From: Chitinophagales bacterium
GTDB lineage: Bacteria; Bacteroidota; Bacteroidia; Chitinophagales; CAVYQA01
DNA: 64,000 nt
NCBI GenBank assembly: GCA_963770495.1
Contig: CAVYQA010000030.1
Location: forward strand, 201,701-265,700
Direction: 5' to 3'
In this document: piece by piece, positions 58,308 through 64,000 of the stretch
Numbering within the stretch: the stretch's first letter is position 1
Layout of the letters: every line of letters begins with the position of its first letter
Position numbers and translations under genes: made by a program
Notes under the pieces: generated by a model
The model's database searches: none
Seen by the model: only the letters and a program-made list of their open reading frames with translations
What the model was told of the DNA's origin: nothing

Positions 58308-60728
58308 TTAATACAATTTTCCAAAATACCCCGGCTCAGCATCATTCATCAGGTTATAAACGGCTTCAAAAACTTCTTCAGCATTAGGCTTACTGAAATA
58401 ATCGCCATCGCTGGCGTAGGCTGCTCTGTGCGCTTTTGCAGTTAACGTAACCGGCTTGGCATCGAGATAGCGATAGCCGTTTTGTACTTCAATTACCTGC
58501 TGGTACATATAAGCCGAAGCCCCCCCGGGCACATCCTCATCCAGAAAAAGAATGCGGTTGGTTTTCTTTAATGATTCAACAATTTTATGATTAACATCAA
58601 AAGGCAAAAGAGTTTGCACATCAATAAGCTCGCACGAAATTCCGGATTCGCTTAATTTATCAATCGCCTCCATTGCTATTCTGCAACATGAGCCGTAAGT
58701 AACGACTGTCACATCTTCGCCTTCATGCAATACTTCAGGCACGCCAAGCGGCACAGTAAATTCTGCAATATTCTGAGGCAATTTTTCTTTCAGGCGATAG
58801 CCGTTCAAACATTCAATTACGAGTGCAGGTTCATCAGCTTTCATCAGCAGGTTATAGAATCCTGCCGCCTGCGTCATGTTGCGCGGCACACATAAATATA
58901 TACCGCGAATAGAATTTAGTATCATTCCCATTGGTGAGCCGGTATGCCAAATGCCTTCAAGCCGGTGACCGCGTGTGCGAACAATCAATGGTGCTTTCTG
59001 CCCTCCTTTAGTACGATAATACAAACAGGCAAGGTCATCGCTCAAGGGTTCAAGCCCGAAAAGCAAATAATCAACGTATTGAATTTCAGCAATAGGGCGC
59101 AAGCCTCGCAATGCCATGCCTATTCCTTGTCCTATTATAGTTGATTCGCGAATGCCCGTATCAAATACACGAAACTCGCCGTGCTTTTGCTGCAAGCCGG
59201 CAAAACCCTGGTTAACGTCGCCGATCTTTCCTACATCTTCACCAAATGCAAATACACGGGGGTCGCGCGATAGCAATGCATCAAAACAATGATTCAGTAT
59301 TTCAAACCCGTTGAGTACCTGAGAATCTTCACTATAATATGGTTTCACTTCGGGCACCCACAATGCCGTGCCGCTATATAGGTGTGAATTAAAATAGTCC
59401 CCGTTTATTTTTTCATACTCATCTTTCCAGTCTATTAATTTTTGTTTTGCGGCAAAGGATTCATTTTTTAGTTTGAACAACACATTTTTCGCCGTACTCA
59501 TCACATCGCGGCGGATGGGTTCTTTTATGGCAAGCAAATCAAGCCGCAGTTTGCGCACAAAATCGCCGTCGCTGCCATATTCTTCCACCTCGATAAGCAG
59601 GTTTGACAATTGTTGAATTTCATTTTTTATGGGATTAATAAAATCATCCCATGCGCGTTTATAAGCAGCCGTTGCAGTTTGTTTAGCATCCGCTTCAATA
59701 GCATCCAGTTCTTCGGCAGTTGCAATGGCATTTTCTATTATCCATGTGCGGAATTTTTTATTGCAGTCAAATTCCTGTTCCCATTCCAAGCGTTCTTTCG
59801 GTTTATAACGTTCCTGCGAGCCCGATGTACTGTGTCCTTGCGGCTGTGTAAGTTCTTTTACATGAAAAATAACCGGCATGTGGGTTTTGCGTGTTTTGGC
59901 AATGCCCTTTTCATAGGCATCTACAAGAGCGGCATAGTCCCATCCGTTCACCGTATAAATATCATATCCGTCGCCCGCTTCATTGGTCTGGAATCCCTTT
60001 AATATTTCTGACAGGTTTTGTTTTGCCAACTGGTATTTTTGCGGCACAGAAATTCCATAGCCATCATCCCATACAGATAACGCCATCGGCACCTGCAATA
60101 CAGCCGCGGCATTCGCTGTTTCCCAAAACAAACCTTCCGCAGTGCTGGCATCTCCCGATGTTACAAAACACACTTCATTACCATGGTCGGAAAAAGGAGT
60201 GTTTCTCAGTTCTTCACTCTGGCGATAAATCTTAGATGCCAGTGCCAAACCGACAGAACGCGGCATTTGCGATGAGGTGGGCGACCCGTCTGCCGAGCTG
60301 TTTTTCATGTCCTTCAAACTCTTCCATGAACCATCGGCATTTAAACTGCGGGTGGCAAAATGAGCATTCATTTGCCTTCCGGCAGAGGAAGGTTCAAGAT
60401 TAACATCGGGATTAGCGTATAACTGTGCAAAAAATTCTTCAGGGGTTAAAATACCTGCTGCAAAAGCAAAGGTCTGGTCGCGGTAATAGCCGCTGCGAAA
60501 ATCGCCGTTGCGGAAAGCTTTAGCCATAGCTACCTGCGCCACTTCTTTGCCATCGCCGAATATGCCGAATTTAGCTTTGCCTGTAAGCACTTCTTTTCTT
60601 CCTATCAAAGAACACTCGCGGCTTACGCAGCAAATGTGATAGTCGTTGAGGACATCTTTTTTGAAGTCGTCAAATGATAAGTTCCTGTCAGAAATCTCAC
60701 TGGTGTTCAATTTGCTCTTTTCAGCCAT
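58308..60728 (-). CDS. Fused alpha/beta E1 component of a 2-oxoacid (branched-chain type) dehydrogenase
   Basis: 806 aa. The N-terminal half is TPP-binding alpha-like (..GDASTAEG..). The C-terminal half is transketolase-like beta (..DTGIRESTIIGQGIGMA..). Confidence 0.8.
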   Translation of the reverse strand: MAEKSKLNTSEISDRNLSFDDFKKDVLNDYHICCVSRECSLIGRKEVLTGKAKFGIFGDGKEVAQVAMAKAFRNGDFRSGYYRDQTFAFAAGILTPEEFFAQLYANPDVNLEPSSAGRQMNAHFATRSLNADGSWKSLKDMKNSSADGSPTSSQMPRSVGLALASKIYRQSEELRNTPFSDHGNEVCFVTSGDASTAEGLFWETANAAAVLQVPMALSVWDDGYGISVPQKYQLAKQNLSEILKGFQTNEAGDGYDIYTVNGWDYAALVDAYEKGIAKTRKTHMPVIFHVKELTQPQGHSTSGSQERYKPKERLEWEQEFDCNKKFRTWIIENAIATAEELDAIEADAKQTATAAYKRAWDDFINPIKNEIQQLSNLLIEVEEYGSDGDFVRKLRLDLLAIKEPIRRDVMSTAKNVLFKLKNESFAAKQKLIDWKDEYEKINGDYFNSHLYSGTALWVPEVKPYYSEDSQVLNGFEILNHCFDALLSRDPRVFAFGEDVGKIGDVNQGFAGLQQKHGEFRVFDTGIRESTIIGQGIGMALRGLRPIAEIQYVDYLLFGLEPLSDDLACLYYRTKGGQKAPLIVRTRGHRLEGIWHTGSPMGMILNSIRGIYLCVPRNMTQAAGFYNLLMKADEPALVIECLNGYRLKEKLPQNIAEFTVPLGVPEVLHEGEDVTVVTYGSCCRIAMEAIDKLSESGISCELIDVQTLLPFDVNHKIVESLKKTNRILFLDEDVPGGASAYMYQQVIEVQNGYRYLDAKPVTLTAKAHRAAYASDGDYFSKPNAEEVFEAVYNLMNDAEPGYFGKLY

Positions 60729-60813
60729 ACCATAAAGTCTTAGGGCTCAAAAATACAAAAAATGCTTTCACGATTTTCATTATATCCAGCATAAAAAGCA
60801 ATATTTTCGCCTT

Positions 60814-61521
60814 GTGTCCAATACTTATTTAAGGTTTAAGCAATTCATTATAGAGCAGGATAAGTGTGCCATGAAGGTTTGCACCGATGCCTGCATCCTC
60901 GGCGCCACGGCTAATTCAGACGAGGCAACAAACCTGTTAGATATTGGCACGGGAACAGGACTTTTATCACTAATGATGGCTCAACGTTATCCATCGTTAA
61001 AAATTGATGCTGTTGAAATTGACTCTGCTGCCGCAAAACAAGCCCATGAAAATTTTAAGAAAAGCTTGTGGAATAACAGGTTAAATAGTATTGAAGGGGA
61101 TGTCAGGCGTCTTGCATTAACAAAAAAATACGACCATATTATTTGTAACCCTCCTTTTTATGATGACCATCTTAAACCGGAAAATAAAACTAATATTACC
61201 GCACGGCATAGTGAGCAACTTACTTTAGAAGAATTGGCTGGTATAGTGCCCCGTCTTTTATTTGAAAGCGGAACATTTAGTGTGCTGCTTCCGCCCGATG
61301 CGTTAAAAAAATTAGAAAAATTGCTTCTCTTTTATAAACTGTATTTAAACAAACAACTGAATATAAAGGACAGAAAAGAATTGCGTGTTATTAGAGTGGT
61401 AGCTGAATTTAGTCTTATTCCTTCTTCTATAACAACATATAATTTGACCATTAAAAAAGATGAAATGAAATATACTGACGAATTTAAACAATTATTAAAA
61501 GATTTTTACCTGGCTTTTTAA
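60814..61521 (+). CDS. tRNA (adenine-N6)-methyltransferase (TrmN6/YfiC-like)
   Basis: FKQFII.QDKCAMKV.TDACILGA, DIGTGTGLLSLM and ICNPPFY motifs. It uses a GTG start. Confidence 0.8.
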   Translation: MSNTYLRFKQFIIEQDKCAMKVCTDACILGATANSDEATNLLDIGTGTGLLSLMMAQRYPSLKIDAVEIDSAAAKQAHENFKKSLWNNRLNSIEGDVRRLALTKKYDHIICNPPFYDDHLKPENKTNITARHSEQLTLEELAGIVPRLLFESGTFSVLLPPDALKKLEKLLLFYKLYLNKQLNIKDRKELRVIRVVAEFSLIPSSITTYNLTIKKDEMKYTDEFKQLLKDFYLAF

Positions 61522-61544
61522 AACAAATTAATTAATTTTATTCA

Positions 61545-61904
61545 ATGGATATTGAATTCATACGCGACTATTGCCTGAAAAAGAAAAGTGTAAAAGAAGA
61601 ATTGCCTTTCGGACCTCAAACGTTGGTTTTTAAAGTAGCGGGTAAAATGTTTTTAGCCTGTAGTTTAGATGAAACTCCACCGAGACTATCCGTAAAATGC
61701 AATCCTGAACTGGCTATTGAACTGCGCGAAAAATACCCGGATGTGATACCCGGATGGCATCTTAATAAAAAAATGTGGAACACGATATATCTGACCGGCA
61801 GTATACCACGAAAAGAAATATTAACTATGATAGATCATAGTTACGATGAAGTGGTGAAAGGTCTTCCGAAAAAATTGAAGGAAAAATTAGCCACACATTT
61901 GTAA
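61545..61904 (+). CDS. MmcQ/YjbR-family protein
   Basis: The size and the ..PFGPQTLVFKVAGKMF..L..K..P pattern are typical of the family. This is from recollection only. Confidence 0.6.
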   Translation: MDIEFIRDYCLKKKSVKEELPFGPQTLVFKVAGKMFLACSLDETPPRLSVKCNPELAIELREKYPDVIPGWHLNKKMWNTIYLTGSIPRKEILTMIDHSYDEVVKGLPKKLKEKLATHL

Positions 61905-61970
61905 GGATGCCATACCGTTAGTAAGCATTCTTTAAAAGCAGATAAGGTATTTGTGTATATTTGTTTACGT

Positions 61971-63047
61971 ATGAAGAATAAACTTTTTACATTTTTTAGA
62001 CTTATTCCTGTTTTATTTTTTACTTCTACATGCATGGGGCAAATCACTATAACAAAAAGTGATATGCCGGCTGCAGGAGATACGTTGCGTTTCAGCGATG
62101 CCACACCTTCTCAATCCATTGACCTTAACCAAACCGGGGCAAATTACACCTGGGATTTTTCTCAATTGAAATCCATTAGTCAGCACGTAGATACATTTTT
62201 CGCTATGTCGGCACTGCCAAACTCTTATAGGTTCGTTTTTTCAAGCGGTAGCTTTGCCACTCATACTAATGTACCGGATTCTCTTGGTCCAATTACATTA
62301 TCTAATGTGTACACCATATATCAACTTAATTCATCAGAATATGGCGGGCTTGGCGTTGGCGAAGAAATTGACGGTCTACCAACACCTTTAGTTTACGATA
62401 GTCCTGATGTGTTGTATTCATTTCCGCTGAACTTTGGCAATGTGGATTCATCTCATACCGGTTATGCCATCGCAATTCCGACAATCGGTTTTATGGGTGA
62501 AAAAAGAAAACGGGTTAATGAATGTGACGGATGGGGAACTCTTACTACGCCCTATGGAACCTTTAATGTACTTAGGGTAAAATCAACACTCACCTTGAAT
62601 GATAGTATTTATGTAGATGCTCTGTCATTTGGAATTTCAATCCCTTCCGTTACTTATCAATATAAATGGCTGGCAAGCGGAGAAGGTGAACCCCTGCTTG
62701 AGATTGATGCACAGGATGTTTTAGACACCCCTGTAATTACCGGGATTTCTTATAGAGACAGCGACAGAACTAAATCTGCAGGAATAAATCAACTGCTTTC
62801 ACAGAGCGAATTAAAAGTTTTTCCTAATCCTGTTTCAAATAAATTATATTTTTCAACACCAGCCGTTAATTCTGTTCCTGTGAGATTAAAAATTTACTCG
62901 GTTTATGGAAGTTTGACTTATGAGCAAGACGATTTTTATACAAATACTACAGGTATTGATATAAGCAACCTCCCTACGGGTAACTATATTGCAGAGCTAT
63001 TAAAAAATACCGGCGTAATAAGGAAAAAATTTGTGATAATACACTGA
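61971..63047 (+). CDS. T9SS C-terminal-sorting-domain protein
   Basis: Signal peptide MKNKLFTFFRLIPVLFFTSTCMGQ. The C-terminal LKVFPNPVSNKLYF...GNYIAELL... is a sorting domain. Confidence 0.75.
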   Translation: MKNKLFTFFRLIPVLFFTSTCMGQITITKSDMPAAGDTLRFSDATPSQSIDLNQTGANYTWDFSQLKSISQHVDTFFAMSALPNSYRFVFSSGSFATHTNVPDSLGPITLSNVYTIYQLNSSEYGGLGVGEEIDGLPTPLVYDSPDVLYSFPLNFGNVDSSHTGYAIAIPTIGFMGEKRKRVNECDGWGTLTTPYGTFNVLRVKSTLTLNDSIYVDALSFGISIPSVTYQYKWLASGEGEPLLEIDAQDVLDTPVITGISYRDSDRTKSAGINQLLSQSELKVFPNPVSNKLYFSTPAVNSVPVRLKIYSVYGSLTYEQDDFYTNTTGIDISNLPTGNYIAELLKNTGVIRKKFVIIH

Positions 63048-63059
63048 TAAAATCTCTTT

Positions 63060-63581
63060 CTACTTCTTTTGCTTTGTAGTATCTTTTCCCATAGTGCAAC
63101 TACCCTTCATCATGCTGCCACCCATTTTGCAACTGTTGTCTTTCATACCGTCATTACAGGATGAGCCCATACCGTCATGACATCCACCGTCTTTCATTCC
63201 ATCGCAGCAGCCATCCCTCATGCCGTCACAGCAACCGCCTCTCATCATTCCGTCGTGATGACAATACATTCCTTCCATGTGCCTGTTTCCCCAACCGTCA
63301 TCTCTCATTTCAGTTCTCATCATCATATTATGTTCACCGCGCAGGCAGCAACGCATTAAGCAATGCGCACCAACACAAATGAGAATAAGAAAACCCATAA
63401 TCACTATAAACCACGACATGTACTTAAACAAATTGGAAAGCCCTTCTTTTTTGGTAAGAGCATATAGCTTCATCCCCGCATATATTACAAGGAGAGCAAG
63501 TGCAGAGGCAATGAGTAGCATAAACAGATTTTTTAGTTGCTCAAATATACCACTTAATATTTGATTTTCAAATGCCTGCAA
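63060..63581 (-). CDS. Small membrane protein with a Cys/Met/His/Asp-rich tandem-repeat tail (putative metal binding)
   Basis: Two TM helices, then CLMRCCLRGEHNMMMRTEM and the repeats CHHDGMMRGG-CCDGMRDG-CCDGMKDGG-CHDGMGSS-CNDGMKDNS-CKMGG... Confidence 0.6.
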   Translation of the reverse strand: MQAFENQILSGIFEQLKNLFMLLIASALALLVIYAGMKLYALTKKEGLSNLFKYMSWFIVIMGFLILICVGAHCLMRCCLRGEHNMMMRTEMRDDGWGNRHMEGMYCHHDGMMRGGCCDGMRDGCCDGMKDGGCHDGMGSSCNDGMKDNSCKMGGSMMKGSCTMGKDTTKQKK

Positions 63582-63676
63582 TGCTATTGCTTTTCTAAAA
63601 TTGTGAATTGTATTTTATTTACAGTTTGAGATTTGCGTGTTGTTTCTTTTACTTTGCAATTAAACGCCTTCCGTAA

Positions 63677-64000
63677 ATGAAGTTTAGATATAAAAATTTA
63701 CGTTCTCAAATACCCGGCATGGCGGCGTGGCTTGTCTTTGCTGCTATTACGGGCATCACTATTATTCATCATGCTATGTGGCGTGATGAATGGGAAGCTA
63801 TTCTTATAAGTTACAAAAGCAATTCATTCAACGACTTGTGGAAACAAACAAGTGAGGAAGGACATCCGATTCTGTGGTTCTTATTAATGTATATCACCAA
63901 ATTTCTCGGTTCCCCCATTGTTATTCCAAAACTTCTCAACTATCTAAGCGCCCTTGGTTATTGCGGCATTATACTATTCTATGCCCCGTTTCCCCGGCTG
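63677..64000 (+). CDS. Membrane protein, 5' part only (runs off the right edge)
   Basis: My own translation from the ATG at 63677 is open for 108 codons to the window end (MKFRYKNLRSQIPGMAAWLVFAAITGITIIHH...). It is absent from the ORF track because there is no stop. Confidence 0.6.
   Translation, partial: MKFRYKNLRSQIPGMAAWLVFAAITGITIIHHAMWRDEWEAILISYKSNSFNDLWKQTSEEGHPILWFLLMYITKFLGSPIVIPKLLNYLSALGYCGIILFYAPFPRL

Overview
The window looks like a Bacteroidota chromosome segment. It is A+T-rich, carries several T9SS C-terminal sorting domains, and has the gene order yceD-like/rpmF/plsX/fabH/efp/accB/accC. I found no rRNA, tRNA or CRISPR array. There are three zones. (1) 1-20.7 kb holds two very large paralogous repeat 'fibre/adhesin' genes. 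One is on the minus strand (8241 to beyond the left edge, absent from the ORF track because it has no stop in the window). The other is 14166..18239, with an internal phage-tail-fibre-type (peptidase S74-like) module and a T9SS sorting domain. A GloVer-repeat T9SS protein and a few housekeeping genes (Kir-like K+ channel, MBL hydrolase, NDH-2, DUF3109, polyprenyl synthase) sit alongside. (2) About 27.2-36.1 kb is an accessory island between amt and a TPR membrane protein. It contains three HUH/Y1 (REP-associated tyrosine transposase-like) genes. Two of these are bracketed by inverted hairpin repeats in a REPtron-like layout, and one is truncated. The island also has a frameshifted orphan RHS toxin tip followed by a secreted protein gene. 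Its best candidate for a new system is a tightly coupled five-cistron cassette at 28949-32205: IS1595-type DDE transposase, DUF262 (ParB-like), an Rx4H (HEPN-like) protein, a 44-aa basic micro-ORF not in the ORF track, and a 2-TM protein. (3) 36-64 kb is mostly housekeeping: csp, rsmA, pepA, pdxA, the lipid/translation cluster, tpiA, plsY, a fused E1 dehydrogenase and others. Four genes in the window appear interrupted by single-nucleotide frameshifts, three at identifiable short homopolymer runs and one with several candidate runs. This zone also encodes an unusual Cys/Met/His-rich repeat membrane protein. All functional calls come from motif recognition by eye; no database search was possible.
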